64,000 nucleotides of DNA from a candidate division WOR-3 bacterium (GCA_027050205.1 JALUCS010000126.1:8506-72505); one strand, 5' to 3'; positions 19,355 to 29,674 are shown, counted from the stretch's first letter. Program-made: numbers and translations. Notes: generated by a model from the letters alone, not told the origin.

Positions 19355-20328
19355 CGTCGGCCGAGTATCTCCTTGAGTTTCCTTATGCGGTCTATCCGGT
19401 AGGGGTCTCCCCCGTACTCCACCGTAAGCCAGTAGGAAACGAAATCCCCGAACCAGATGAGGTAGAGCATCTGGGCCAGTCTGCTCTCCCCCTTCGCCCC
19501 AACGCTGTAGGCTCCGAGGACGTAGTCCCGCAGGAGGTCCTCCACTATCTCCATCCGCAACCTTACCCTCGGGTGGTCGTAGTCCGTCTTTAGGAAGACG
19601 AGCCAGGCCTTGGTATCAAGGAATTCGGGGTGGTCAAACCCCTCTATCTCGTTGTGGTTATGCTCCGGGAAGAGCATCACGTGGGCGAAGGCGTTGGCGT
19701 TCTCGTTTATCTGGTTCTTCCAGCGGACGGCCACGGAGCCGATGGAGGCGTCCGCGTATATCAGGGGCAGGCGTTTGTATATTCGGCTGGCCACCTCGTA
19801 CGTGGGGGAGTCCTCACCGTCCAACTCCTCACCGTACCCCTTCAGCTCCTCCGCCGCCTTCAGGAGTTCCCCGTACTCCTCCCCTTTGATTATACCCATC
19901 TCCCTCGCCCCGAAAGCCAGGGCCTTGAAGAGGAAGCCGAAGGCCTCCCTTGGCTGGTATCCGGAGGGTACCGTTACGACAGGCACACCGTCCCCCTTGG
20001 CCATCTCCCGCAACTTCCCCCCCGTCGTGATCACGAACCCCCTCATCCCCCTCTTCACAGCCTGCGAGTATGCCGACAGGGTCTCCTCCGTATTTCCGGA
20101 ATAGCTTACGGCAACAAAGGTGTCCCCCTCACCGTAGAAGGGAGGAAGGTCGTAGTGCCGCACCGTCCTTACGTCAAGGCCGAGCCAGTCGGCGAAGAGG
20201 TCCCCCGCCGCCGCCGAGCCTCCCATGCCCATTATTACGATCCTGCCGCCCTCGTAGGGCCTGAAGGTCCCCTCCGCATCCGGCTCGTAGAGGAGCATAT
20301 CCGGAAACTTCCGTATGTTCTCAACCAT
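19351..20328 (-). CDS. Bifunctional phosphoglucose/phosphomannose isomerase (SIS)
   Basis: GMGGS, SYSGNTEET, QPR, RWKNQINENA, PEHNHNEIEG. Confidence 0.93.
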   Translation of the reverse strand: MVENIRKFPDMLLYEPDAEGTFRPYEGGRIVIMGMGGSAAAGDLFADWLGLDVRTVRHYDLPPFYGEGDTFVAVSYSGNTEETLSAYSQAVKRGMRGFVITTGGKLREMAKGDGVPVVTVPSGYQPREAFGFLFKALAFGAREMGIIKGEEYGELLKAAEELKGYGEELDGEDSPTYEVASRIYKRLPLIYADASIGSVAVRWKNQINENANAFAHVMLFPEHNHNEIEGFDHPEFLDTKAWLVFLKTDYDHPRVRLRMEIVEDLLRDYVLGAYSVGAKGESRLAQMLYLIWFGDFVSYWLTVEYGGDPYRIDRIRKLKEILGRR

Positions 20329-20329
20329 G

Positions 20330-21160
20330 CTAAGATTCTACGCTGGAGCGGAGGAAGGCCACGTACTCCTCCATACACTTCAGGAAGGAGGGGGCATCGT
20401 ACCGGTACCTTGAGGAGAGTAGAACGGAGGTCCTCGGCCTTATCTCCATACCGGGGCCGGGAGAGCGGAGGAGGATCCTGGACCTGGAGCCGAGGGCGTC
20501 CCCTAAGAGTACGGCGGCCTTAAAGGGGGTCGTGGGGAAGCGGCCGGTTACGTGGTATACGCCTCCGGGGACCTCCCCCTCCAACATCTCAAAGATGACC
20601 CGTGCGAGGAAGGGGGCGTAGGTGGGGGAAGAGAGCTGTCCGTCGTGGGCCTTCACCTCCTCACCCTTGAGGAGCATTGAGGGGAGGCGGCTGAAGAAGT
20701 TCCTCCCCCCCGGACCGTAGAGCCACGAGGTCCTTATCACGATGGCGTCGGGGTTCTCCTCCAGAACGTACCTCTCGCCGAGGAGCTTGGTCTTTCCGTA
20801 GACCCCCAGGGGTTGGGGGTAGTCGTCCTCGTAGTAGAAGCCAACCCTACCGTCAAAGACGTAGTCCGTGGATACGTGTACGAGCCTTACCCCCATCTCC
20901 CGGCTTACCCTCGCCAACACCTTGGGGAAGTCCGCATTCACCAGGGTGGCCTCAACCGGATTCCCCTCCGCACCGTCTACGTCCGTGTACGCGGCGGCGT
21001 TTATGACCACCTTCAGCTCCCGTAGGAACTTCCGCAGGTACCTCTCTACGCCCCCTACGTTCCTAAGGTCAAAATCCCTCCTTGAGTGAAACTTGATTAC
21101 GGGGAGTACCTCCCGGAGCGCCCTACCGAGGGTCCCCGTACCTCCTATTACACCTATCAC
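20330..21160 (-). CDS. rfbD: dTDP-4-dehydrorhamnose reductase
   Basis: GGTGTLG, NAAAYTDVD, STDYVFDG, YGKTKLLGE, RTSWLY. Confidence 0.9.
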   Translation of the reverse strand: MIGVIGGTGTLGRALREVLPVIKFHSRRDFDLRNVGGVERYLRKFLRELKVVINAAAYTDVDGAEGNPVEATLVNADFPKVLARVSREMGVRLVHVSTDYVFDGRVGFYYEDDYPQPLGVYGKTKLLGERYVLEENPDAIVIRTSWLYGPGGRNFFSRLPSMLLKGEEVKAHDGQLSSPTYAPFLARVIFEMLEGEVPGGVYHVTGRFPTTPFKAAVLLGDALGSRSRILLRSPGPGMEIRPRTSVLLSSRYRYDAPSFLKCMEEYVAFLRSSVES

Positions 21161-21166
21161 GCCCCG

Positions 21167-22855
21167 TTATTTTACGCCGGGGAAACCCCGGCCGTAGAGG
21201 GAACGGTAGGCCCTGTAGCTCCGTATCACCCTCCGGACGTACTTCCGGGTCTCGCTGTAGGGTATTACGTCTATGAAGTGGGGGAAGTTCAGGAGCTCGT
21301 ACCCGTACCTGCAGAGCCACCTGTCCAAGGCCCCCCTACCGGCGTTATAGGCGGCGGCCACAAGGTGAGGGGAACGGTAGATCTGGAAGGCCTCCCTAAG
21401 GAGGAAGGCACCCATCCTTAGGTTGGTCAGGGGGGCGTAGGGGTCCCTCACCCTCTCCTTCATCTCCCTCCTGAACCGCCTGACGTTGAAGGGCATTATC
21501 TGGGCGAGACCCATAGCCCCCGCCCTTGACCTCGCCTTCCTCTTGAACCGGGACTCCTCCCTGACTATAGCCCGGAGGAAGAGGGGGTCTATGCCGAACT
21601 CCTTGGCCGCCGAGTCTATCTCCCTCCCGTAGAGGGTGTAAGGGAAGGCCATCCTCCCCCACCAGAGGGGTACCCCCCTACCCTTGTCTGCCACCCTATA
21701 CACCCCCGCCAGGACGTAGGAGGCCTTCAGGAAGTTCCCCTCGTCCATCAGCTCCCTTGCCCTCCTGTAGCCGGAGGGGACGTCCTTAACGTACCAGGGG
21801 TAGGCGAGGCTCCAGCCCCAGAGTTTCTCCATCACCTTGCCTATCTCGTAGTTCCTAAGGTTGCCAGCGGTGTCCCAGACGTCCCCCTCCTTCCATGGAA
21901 CGTCCTCCGAAAGTTCAAGGTAGTAGTAGCTTATGGGGTTGTAGGTGCGGAGGTCCCGGACGTAGTTGGTATCCCGGCTTAGTAGGTAGAGCCAGTAGGT
22001 CGCCTGCGTCCATACGAAGGACCCCCTCTCCGCCCTCTTGCGGGCCTCGTAGAAGTAGTTGTACGCGTCTTCAAGGTAATGGACGCCGTAGGCGGAGAGG
22101 CCGAGCCATACGAAGCTCTCCGGGTCCAAGCCGTCATAGGCGGTGGCCGAAATGCGGGCGTAGAGGTCGGAGGCCTCGTAGCGGAGGAAGGGTTTAGCCA
22201 CCTCCGAAGCCATCACTCGGTAGGCCCTCCTGTAATCCCCCATCCTGATGAGCTCCAAGAGGGCCAGGGATATGGAGTCGTAGTCTTCGGCGTTCAGAAA
22301 CCGCACAAGGTGCTTTATGAGCGCCCTCTTCCGGTACTCCGGGGGCATCTTGAGAACCTCGGAGAAGGATACCCCCCTCCTCTTCCACTTCGCCACCAGG
22401 TACAGGCCGTACTCCTCCGGGTCCGTCGTATCCGCCGCCTTGAGGACGGAGTCCCACATCCCGTGGGCGAGCATAACCCGAAGCTTCAATTTCTTGGAAA
22501 CTGGGAGTTTGAGGAGTTTCTTCGCCTCCTTTGTCCTTGGGTAGAGGCGGCCGAGGTCGGCGAGGTAGGAGACCTTGCGGGTCTTCCTGTAGAGGTACTT
22601 GAGGACGGGGTAGGTCTTCGGACAGGGAGGAACCTTGACGGCCGGCGATCCTCCCCCGGCGAGTCGGTTGCAGGCCAGACGGCAGGGCCTCTTATCTTTC
22701 AGTGAGCATATCTCCCGGAGGATGCGGGAGGCTTCCCCCGGAGGGGTGGTCTTGAGGGTTGCCTTTGCGGCGAGGATGTAAGGTCTTATCTCCGGGTAGA
22801 GCTGCTGTAGGGAGTCAAGGGCGCGACTGCTAAGGGCGGCAGATAGTAGGAGCAT
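21167..22855 (-). CDS. Soluble lytic transglycosylase (SLT domain)
   Basis: AIVREESRF, GAMGLAQIMP, AAYNAG, IPYSETRKYV. Confidence 0.9.
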   Translation of the reverse strand: MLLLSAALSSRALDSLQQLYPEIRPYILAAKATLKTTPPGEASRILREICSLKDKRPCRLACNRLAGGGSPAVKVPPCPKTYPVLKYLYRKTRKVSYLADLGRLYPRTKEAKKLLKLPVSKKLKLRVMLAHGMWDSVLKAADTTDPEEYGLYLVAKWKRRGVSFSEVLKMPPEYRKRALIKHLVRFLNAEDYDSISLALLELIRMGDYRRAYRVMASEVAKPFLRYEASDLYARISATAYDGLDPESFVWLGLSAYGVHYLEDAYNYFYEARKRAERGSFVWTQATYWLYLLSRDTNYVRDLRTYNPISYYYLELSEDVPWKEGDVWDTAGNLRNYEIGKVMEKLWGWSLAYPWYVKDVPSGYRRARELMDEGNFLKASYVLAGVYRVADKGRGVPLWWGRMAFPYTLYGREIDSAAKEFGIDPLFLRAIVREESRFKRKARSRAGAMGLAQIMPFNVRRFRREMKERVRDPYAPLTNLRMGAFLLREAFQIYRSPHLVAAAYNAGRGALDRWLCRYGYELLNFPHFIDVIPYSETRKYVRRVIRSYRAYRSLYGRGFPGVK

Positions 22856-22887
22856 AGCGGTGATTATAAAAGCGCACTGCTATCCCA

Positions 22888-23184
22888 TTACCCTATCCCG
22901 TACTTGCTCAGGTAGGCCTTCACGAGGAGGTTGAAGAACTTCGTGTGTTTCCCGTCCATCAGCTTAAGATGCACCAGCTCGTGTACTATCACCTCGTGGC
23001 GGAAGCGGGCGGGTTGCTTGAGTAGGTCGCTGTTTAAGGTGAGCCTTCCCCTCGTTGAGACGCTCGCCCACTTCCGTTTCATCGGCCTCACGTGTATCTC
23101 CTTCAACCTGTCCTCAACCCCTATCCTCCTCGCCCACGTCCAGACTTCGGCGATGAGAATGTCCCGCATTACGTCCTCACTCAT
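22888..23184 (-). CDS. Short YgjP/M48-like zinc metallopeptidase associated with type I R-M
   Basis: MKRKWASVS...VIVHELVHL...HTKFF; overlaps the end of hsdR. Confidence 0.8.
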   Translation of the reverse strand: MSEDVMRDILIAEVWTWARRIGVEDRLKEIHVRPMKRKWASVSTRGRLTLNSDLLKQPARFRHEVIVHELVHLKLMDGKHTKFFNLLVKAYLSKYGIG

Positions 23185-26077
23185 CCGCTATCCTCCTTAG
23201 CAGGTTAAGGATGTCGTTTGCCCATTCAACCCTGTCCTCTATACCTGCCCCTTTGAGGACCTTGTAGAGCCTCCTGCGGAGGCCTCCCTCCTGTCGGGCG
23301 CTCTTACTCCAATAGGGGAACTCCTTCAGGGCCTCGTCTATACCGAGGGCGAGATCTTCGGAGGTATGGGGGTCCAACCCCTTGTGGAGCCGCAGCCACC
23401 ACTTTACGGCGAAGGCACCGTTGGAGAGGTGGGTTTCCCCCATCTGCCTCTGGGCCTCCTTTATCTCCCTTACGAGTTTCTCCAGCTCCTTTAGGGCCTG
23501 CCTGCTGTTTATCTGCCTCTCCTCAAAGGCCTTCCTTATCCTCTCCGCCCTCTCCCCTATGGGTATGAGGAAAGGTTTCTCCTTCCCCTCCTCCGCCACC
23601 ATCCGGGCTATGGTGTTGAGGAGGTTAAACATCCTGACGGTTTCGGGTTTGTGCCTGGCGGTTAGGAGGGACTCAAGGGTTTCGGGGGTTATCTCGTAGG
23701 TCTCTTTAAGGAGGTTTAAGGTTGGGGTACGGGTGTGCCTCTGTACGATTTCGGCTGTCTTTCTAAGGAAGGACTTATCAACATCAACCGAAGGCTCGTA
23801 GGCGCTTCGCAGGATCCTGTACATCTCAACGAGTTTCCTGTAGTCGTCCAAGAAGGGACGGAGGAAGGGGTCGGGGGATAGCACCTCGTAGAGTTCTTGG
23901 AGTTCGCGAAAGAACCTATAAAACTCCTCCCTCAAGGGTTTATCCTTGAAGCGTTGGAGGATGGCTTCGGCGACCCTGTCCGGTTCGTTGGGATCAAATA
24001 CGGGTAGGTACTCCTCCCTCCCCACTCTTATGAGCTCCTCAAAGCGCTCCTTCAGGACGTCTATTCCCTCAACTATTCCCTTGATGTCCTCCGAGTCAAA
24101 GGCGAGGGCCTTTTCAAGGTTGTCAAATATGCCTACGAAGTCAATTATGAGTCCGTTGGTCTTCCTACGTCCGTCTTCGTCCTCGTACGGGCGATTCACT
24201 CTGGCAATGGCTTGGAGGAGGACGTGGTCCCGCATGGGTTTGTCAAGGTACATAGCGTAAAGGATCGGGGCGTCGTATCCGGTCAGGAGCTTCTCCGTGA
24301 CTATGAGAATCTTGGGGTTTTCGTCGGGCTTCCTGAAGGCCTTCCTTACGCGGGTCTCCTCCTCGTCGCTTAGGTGGTAGCGTTTCAGATGGGGAGGGTC
24401 GTTGTGGTTCCGGCTTATTACGACCTCGCTGTATTCAGGGGGCAGGTACCTGTCCAAAGCCTCCTTGTAGAGGACGCACGCCTCCCTATCCACGGCCACA
24501 AGGAAGGCCTTGTACCCCATAGGTTCAACGTTGCTTTTAAAGTGTTCGGCCACAAAACGGGCGATCTTCTCAACTCTTTCGCTGTTTTTGAGCATATTTT
24601 TGAGATTCACCGCCCTATCCAACACCCGGTTTATCTCCTCTATATCGGCCACACCCTCAAGGGCGGCGGCCTTCCAGAACTCCCTCTCCATCGTCTCCCT
24701 ATCCACGACCAACTCGTTTGGGGCCATCTGGTAATGGAGGGGAACGGTGGTCCCATCCTCTATAGACTCCTTTATGGAGTACTTGTCCAGATAACCCCTC
24801 GGAGGGTCATCCACACCGAAGACCTTGAAGGTACCCTTCCCCCTACTCGTCTTATCTATCGGTGTCCCGGTGAAACCTATAAACGTGGCGTTGGGAAGCG
24901 CCCCCATAAGGTAGTTTCCGAGGTCCCCGCCCGTTGATCTGTGAGCCTCGTCTATCAGGACGATGATGTTGGAGCGGGTGTTCAGGTTGGCGTCCGCTTT
25001 ATCAAACTTATGGATCATAGAGACTATCAGGCCGCGGGTGTCCCTCTTGAGGAGTTCCCGGAGGTGTCTTTTGCTCTTGGCAACGTGGAGGTTTCCGAAA
25101 CCGACGGCCTCAAGGTTCTGGAAGAGCTGCTGCTGGAGTTCGTTCCTGTCCACTATCATAAGGACGGTGGGGTTCTTGAAGCGGGGGTCCTCCAGTATAA
25201 GTCTGGCGGCGGTTATCATCGTGTAGGTCTTCCCGGAACCCTGTGTGTGCCATACGAGTCCCCTACGCTTTCCGCGGTCACTGGCCCTCCCTACGACCTT
25301 TCCGACGGCCCTCATCTGATGGGGACGGAGGACCACCTTGGACAGCTCCCCGTCCCTCCGGACGAAGAGGATGTACCTGCCGAGGATTTCAAGGATCCTC
25401 CTCCGGGATACGAAGGCCTTGACGAGGGTCTCAAAGTCCCCGGCCTGCTCGTCTCTGTAATTGAACAGGGCTTTACGGGAGAGGTTCCACGTGGGGCCGT
25501 AGAGGAAGCGGTGGAAGTCTGTAATTACGTATATTTGGCTCTGTACCAGAAGCTCCGGAGCCTCGTCGTGGTACCGTCTTATCTGCTCATGGGCCTCCCC
25601 TATGCCCTCAACCTTCGTAGGGGCCTTGGCCTCAAGGACCACAACGGGGATGCCGTTGACGAGGAAGACGATGTCAAGGCGAACGGTGGAGGTTCCACTG
25701 ACGAAGCGGAACTCCTCGGTTATGTGGAATACGTTGTTCTCCGGAACCTCAAAGTCAATAAGGCGTACGTTCTTCTCCCTTTTCTCCTCCTCAACGAATA
25801 CGGTCTTAAGGCCCCTCAGGTACTCCCACACCTCGTAATTTCCTTCAACGTTGGGCCTCACCCTTACAAGTCTGTCTATCACCTCTTCGGCCTTCGTCCG
25901 GTTTACTATGGCAGTGGGGTTGAGTTTCTGAAGTTGCTCTATCAGAATGCTCCGCAGTACGGGACTACTCTCCCCTCCCCGTAGCCTAAGGGCCTCATCC
26001 GGAGGGAGGTACCTCCAACCCACCTCCTGGGTGTGGCGGATTATAGGTTCCTGAACGGTCTGGCGTTCGGAGAACAT
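23177..26077 (-). CDS. hsdR: Type I restriction endonuclease subunit R
   Basis: Nuclease motif DIVFLVNGIPVVVLEAK...QIRRY, HTQGSGKT, DEAHRS, FTGTP, LLTGYDAP, QAIARVNR. Confidence 0.95.
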   Translation of the reverse strand: MFSERQTVQEPIIRHTQEVGWRYLPPDEALRLRGGESSPVLRSILIEQLQKLNPTAIVNRTKAEEVIDRLVRVRPNVEGNYEVWEYLRGLKTVFVEEEKREKNVRLIDFEVPENNVFHITEEFRFVSGTSTVRLDIVFLVNGIPVVVLEAKAPTKVEGIGEAHEQIRRYHDEAPELLVQSQIYVITDFHRFLYGPTWNLSRKALFNYRDEQAGDFETLVKAFVSRRRILEILGRYILFVRRDGELSKVVLRPHQMRAVGKVVGRASDRGKRRGLVWHTQGSGKTYTMITAARLILEDPRFKNPTVLMIVDRNELQQQLFQNLEAVGFGNLHVAKSKRHLRELLKRDTRGLIVSMIHKFDKADANLNTRSNIIVLIDEAHRSTGGDLGNYLMGALPNATFIGFTGTPIDKTSRGKGTFKVFGVDDPPRGYLDKYSIKESIEDGTTVPLHYQMAPNELVVDRETMEREFWKAAALEGVADIEEINRVLDRAVNLKNMLKNSERVEKIARFVAEHFKSNVEPMGYKAFLVAVDREACVLYKEALDRYLPPEYSEVVISRNHNDPPHLKRYHLSDEEETRVRKAFRKPDENPKILIVTEKLLTGYDAPILYAMYLDKPMRDHVLLQAIARVNRPYEDEDGRRKTNGLIIDFVGIFDNLEKALAFDSEDIKGIVEGIDVLKERFEELIRVGREEYLPVFDPNEPDRVAEAILQRFKDKPLREEFYRFFRELQELYEVLSPDPFLRPFLDDYRKLVEMYRILRSAYEPSVDVDKSFLRKTAEIVQRHTRTPTLNLLKETYEITPETLESLLTARHKPETVRMFNLLNTIARMVAEEGKEKPFLIPIGERAERIRKAFEERQINSRQALKELEKLVREIKEAQRQMGETHLSNGAFAVKWWLRLHKGLDPHTSEDLALGIDEALKEFPYWSKSARQEGGLRRRLYKVLKGAGIEDRVEWANDILNLLRRIADE

Positions 26078-26082
26078 GATCT

Positions 26083-26943
26083 TTACCCCTTCTTATGCCT
26101 TGTGTTATCAAATAAGTTTGGCTCATTTTCTCGCATTTTTAAATAAATATTGGTGTATGGTCTCCCTTCTTCATCAGGGAAACCCCATAAATTAAATTTC
26201 CTACGCCATCTATATTGATCTTTTCTGACCCATCGCACTATAAATGACGCTAATTCTCTTTTTGCTGGTTTTCTCACTTTATTTAATAAAGCTGCTTGAG
26301 TTGAACCTATCAATAAATCAGTAAACTGTAGTAAATCATCATCTGAAGAGTCTTTAGGCACCACTTTTAATATTACTTCAGGATAATTCCCTTTCTCCTC
26401 CTTCTGTAGAATGCTATCATATCTTGCTCGTTGTTGTATGTATTTCTCAAAATTATCAATTATACTACGATTCTTTTTATCTGTTATAAAAGTTATCTCT
26501 AATCTATCATATTCGTTTTCCTGAAGTATATGCCAATTAATACCAGCTTTTAACGCCATAGCAGTAAAACGATTGTACTCGTGAAAATCTTTTGGAAATC
26601 TGCTATGTTCGTAAGCACTACTATAACGATCTACAATGAGACAAGAAAAATTTGCAATCTCTGACAAACGTTGGCGAAATTCTATCATCCATTTTTTAGC
26701 TATTCTTGCTTTTGCACCATATTTACCTGAAAAGGATTTAGGTAATTCCTTAAAATGAATTTCTCTAAAGTAGTTTTCCTCCTCCCTTACCCTATACAAA
26801 ATTTTGCGTGCAATATCAATATCATGACTTTTTATAAATAGCAGACCTATAATTAACCATCGTTTCTCTGGGAGACTTTCATCATGAAAAACATGATACT
26901 TCCCTACTTTCACGATTTCATTGCCCCAAAAATCTCGTTTCAT
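26083..26943 (-). CDS. DUF3800-like (RNase H-like fold) protein, AT-rich
   Basis: VFHDES...EIHF...DSSDDDLLQFTDLL motifs. Confidence 0.7.
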   Translation of the reverse strand: MKRDFWGNEIVKVGKYHVFHDESLPEKRWLIIGLLFIKSHDIDIARKILYRVREEENYFREIHFKELPKSFSGKYGAKARIAKKWMIEFRQRLSEIANFSCLIVDRYSSAYEHSRFPKDFHEYNRFTAMALKAGINWHILQENEYDRLEITFITDKKNRSIIDNFEKYIQQRARYDSILQKEEKGNYPEVILKVVPKDSSDDDLLQFTDLLIGSTQAALLNKVRKPAKRELASFIVRWVRKDQYRWRRKFNLWGFPDEEGRPYTNIYLKMRENEPNLFDNTRHKKG

Positions 26944-26944
26944 C

Positions 26945-27034
26945 CTAACTTTTGATCAAATAATATCCCCACAATCTCCTCCCCTCATCGTCCTCCATCT
27001 CCTCAATCACCCCCGGAACCAAAATCTCCAACAT
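26945..27034 (-). other. 29-codon ORF or gene remnant with a host-type promoter
   Basis: MLEILVPGVIEEMEDDEGRRLWGYYLIKS*; TATAAT 10 nt upstream; ends 1 nt before the DUF3800 start. Confidence 0.3.
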
Positions 27035-27112
27035 CGCTACCGCTATTATACAGCCGAACCGTCGCCCTCAAACTGCCTCAAAGCTCTTCGCCTATGAATA
27101 TGCGGCATAAAC

Positions 27113-28333
27113 CTATCGTTGGAGAGTGGAAAATATATCTTCACAACCCTTAACCCTCCTTTCATAAAATTCTCTCTCAAAATATTCATCCTTAAGGTCA
27201 TTTATAGGAACATATACTTCAACTGGAATACTTGCGTTTTTAAGGTAATTTACCATCACAGGACCAACCTGCTCCCATTTCAATCCCCCAAGACCACACC
27301 CAAGGGCGGGGAAGGCTATTGATTTAACCCCTTCCCTCCTGTAAAACTTCAAAAACCACTTCAAACCCTCACATATCATCTTGAGATTGCTCTTTTCCTT
27401 CCAGTGCCTTTTTGTAGGAAAGAATAGGAACCACCTTTCGCCGTTAAGGCTCTCCGGCTTATAAAGGTAGGGCCTCCCTGGTCTTAATATTTTCCTTTTT
27501 ACGATGTTTTGATACACCAGAAAGGCTGCCGGGTACATGTACTTAAAACGGCTTGCCAAACCCTTTCCCATAACACCGACAGTGTTGACGCTTATAGTTA
27601 ATGTTTGCATCTCGCTATCAAACATATCACCTTCCACTATGTAAAGGTTTGGATAAATTTCCACTTTTCTGCGAGGTTCAAAGAATAAATCGGGGTCAAC
27701 AATAATTTCTATACCTTTAGGTAATTTTCCCACCATTCGTAAAACTTTTTTCTTCATATCTTCGTTAGGTACATAAATAGCCCGTATGTACTTTTTAGGC
27801 ACCCTCTTGGGGATTAAGACCTCGGACTGTAGAAAGGTCTTAGGGAATAAGTACTCCACAGATGGGAATGGGAGCTTGCTTTTCTTAATAAAAGGTTTTA
27901 TGTTTATTATGGCTTCACTTGAATACCAATCCCGTATATCTCGCACCTTCTCAAAGAGTTTTGTTAGATATACATCTCCAGAATCCAATAGAATTGAATA
28001 ATCACTCGCAGCGTTACCTATGGAAACTTTACTTCCACTTCTTTCGGATACTGTTGCATCTACGCCTATCACGAGTAGTTTATTCTTGCGCTTTTTTGAT
28101 AGTCTATACATCATAGCGTTCCTTGGATAGACGTAGAGATTCGCATATTTACTTAAACCCTTTTTTCTTCTTTTTTCAACTATCCCCTCATCTGCTATAT
28201 CTATAAAATTCAAACCAAGTTTTTCAACCTCATCACGGCTCAAAATACCTGAGCGAAGTATAGATTCCAGATTCTCAATTCCCGTAATATAGTACAGTTC
28301 CCTCCTTCGGTCTCGCCTTCTTGCCTTTCTCAC
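27113..28333 (-). CDS. DarT (DUF4433 DNA ADP-ribosyltransferase)-macrodomain (DarG-type) fusion
   Basis: N-half: LYYIT.IENLESIL..GILS, DIAD..IV..R, YANLY..PRNAMMY, GNAAS, QSEVLI. C-half: GDMF...VNTVGVMGKGLA..FK...FPTK.HW...SIAFPALGCGLGGL.W. Confidence 0.88.
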   Translation of the reverse strand: MRKARRRDRRRELYYITGIENLESILRSGILSRDEVEKLGLNFIDIADEGIVEKRRKKGLSKYANLYVYPRNAMMYRLSKKRKNKLLVIGVDATVSERSGSKVSIGNAASDYSILLDSGDVYLTKLFEKVRDIRDWYSSEAIINIKPFIKKSKLPFPSVEYLFPKTFLQSEVLIPKRVPKKYIRAIYVPNEDMKKKVLRMVGKLPKGIEIIVDPDLFFEPRRKVEIYPNLYIVEGDMFDSEMQTLTISVNTVGVMGKGLASRFKYMYPAAFLVYQNIVKRKILRPGRPYLYKPESLNGERWFLFFPTKRHWKEKSNLKMICEGLKWFLKFYRREGVKSIAFPALGCGLGGLKWEQVGPVMVNYLKNASIPVEVYVPINDLKDEYFEREFYERRVKGCEDIFSTLQR

Positions 28334-29625
28334 ACCAGCCCCTCCATGTTGTGTGCTAACTTACCCACCAACTCCTTAGGTATCCTCCTCTTCGCTGTCA
28401 TCAAGTCGTTGAGCAGAGCTTTAAAAACCTTTTCCAACGCCTCCGCTCTCCTCCTCTCGGCCTCTATTTTGTCATCTACGGCCTTCAGTATCTCGGCTAT
28501 GCGTTTCTGCTCGTGGAGAGGGGGAAGAACTAAAACCTGTTCTCGTAATATGCGATAATGACGATTATAACCTCTACTTGGAATTTTAAGATTTAGTAAG
28601 GCATAATAAAGGAAAAGAGGGAAGTATTTTTCGGTATTAGGTATTAAAATTTTAGTACCATCAGCTCCACGTACAAAGGGAAAATCTACGTACTTAAATA
28701 TACGAGTATGATCTCCAAAAACTATCACCGGAAGCGGTCCATAATAGACATCATCTTCGTTATTCCAGTATCCAGCGATTAGATTCTGCCCCTGATCAAC
28801 AATAGGGAATCGCCCCACTGGGAGGTAATTTTGCTGTTTAACTTTGCTAGTTTTTATTCTTTTTTTAAGTATAGCGTCCTCAAACCTCACCACCTCCCAG
28901 TGTTCCGGTATATCTCCCACCTCCGTTTCCTTCAACTTCACTTTATCAACCTCACCGAGAGGCACAGGGCCGTAGGTGAATAGGTGCTTCATCAAAGACT
29001 TCTTGAGTTCCTTGAGAGCCTTTATAACCTCTTCCGTCTTCTCCTTCGCCTCCTGCACAGCCCTTAAGATGTAGGCGATGGCCTTCTGCTCCGGAATCGG
29101 GGGGAGGAGGATGGGAAGAGTTTTTATCCGAGACAAAGCCAATTTAGGTTGCGAAGTTTTAGTAGTTTGTGATCTTATGTACATCTGCCCCATTGGACTA
29201 GCCAAGAAAAATATAAGAAAATTTTGGTCAAGGGATTGAGACAAAATCACAATTCTTGCGGCATTTTCTGTAAGGTGCGCCCCATCCAATTCATCCGGAA
29301 TTCTTCCAACAATACCTATAGTTCCTGCAATTGAAATATAAACATCCGATTTTTTAATATGATAGCGCTGCAAAAGGCGATGTTGGTCCTCAGTTAGGTA
29401 TTTCAAGTTATCCGTAGTTATTGAGAAATTCCTAAAATTTACCACACGGATATACGGATATTTAGTAGGACGCTCTGAAAATTTTTGCCCTTTAGGTAAG
29501 CGTTTCCCACCTTTAACCTCTACCACCTCCCCCAACCTCACCACCTCCCACTCCTCCGGTAAAGGCCCCAACTCCGTCATTCTGTAGCCGGGCGGTACAT
29601 CATCCGTATTTGCTACTCTGCTCAT
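28330..29625 (-). CDS. hsdS: Type I R-M specificity subunit S
   Basis: Two TRDs, each preceded by PE.WEVVR and followed by LPP..EQK.IA.IL helices; the TRDs are AT-rich and the conserved regions GC-rich. Confidence 0.95.
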   Translation of the reverse strand: MSRVANTDDVPPGYRMTELGPLPEEWEVVRLGEVVEVKGGKRLPKGQKFSERPTKYPYIRVVNFRNFSITTDNLKYLTEDQHRLLQRYHIKKSDVYISIAGTIGIVGRIPDELDGAHLTENAARIVILSQSLDQNFLIFFLASPMGQMYIRSQTTKTSQPKLALSRIKTLPILLPPIPEQKAIAYILRAVQEAKEKTEEVIKALKELKKSLMKHLFTYGPVPLGEVDKVKLKETEVGDIPEHWEVVRFEDAILKKRIKTSKVKQQNYLPVGRFPIVDQGQNLIAGYWNNEDDVYYGPLPVIVFGDHTRIFKYVDFPFVRGADGTKILIPNTEKYFPLFLYYALLNLKIPSRGYNRHYRILREQVLVLPPLHEQKRIAEILKAVDDKIEAERRRAEALEKVFKALLNDLMTAKRRIPKELVGKLAHNMEGLV

Positions 29626-29674
29626 ACGGACACCTCCTCCTTATCCACACTGCGGATTATAAAGGCGGAGGGCG

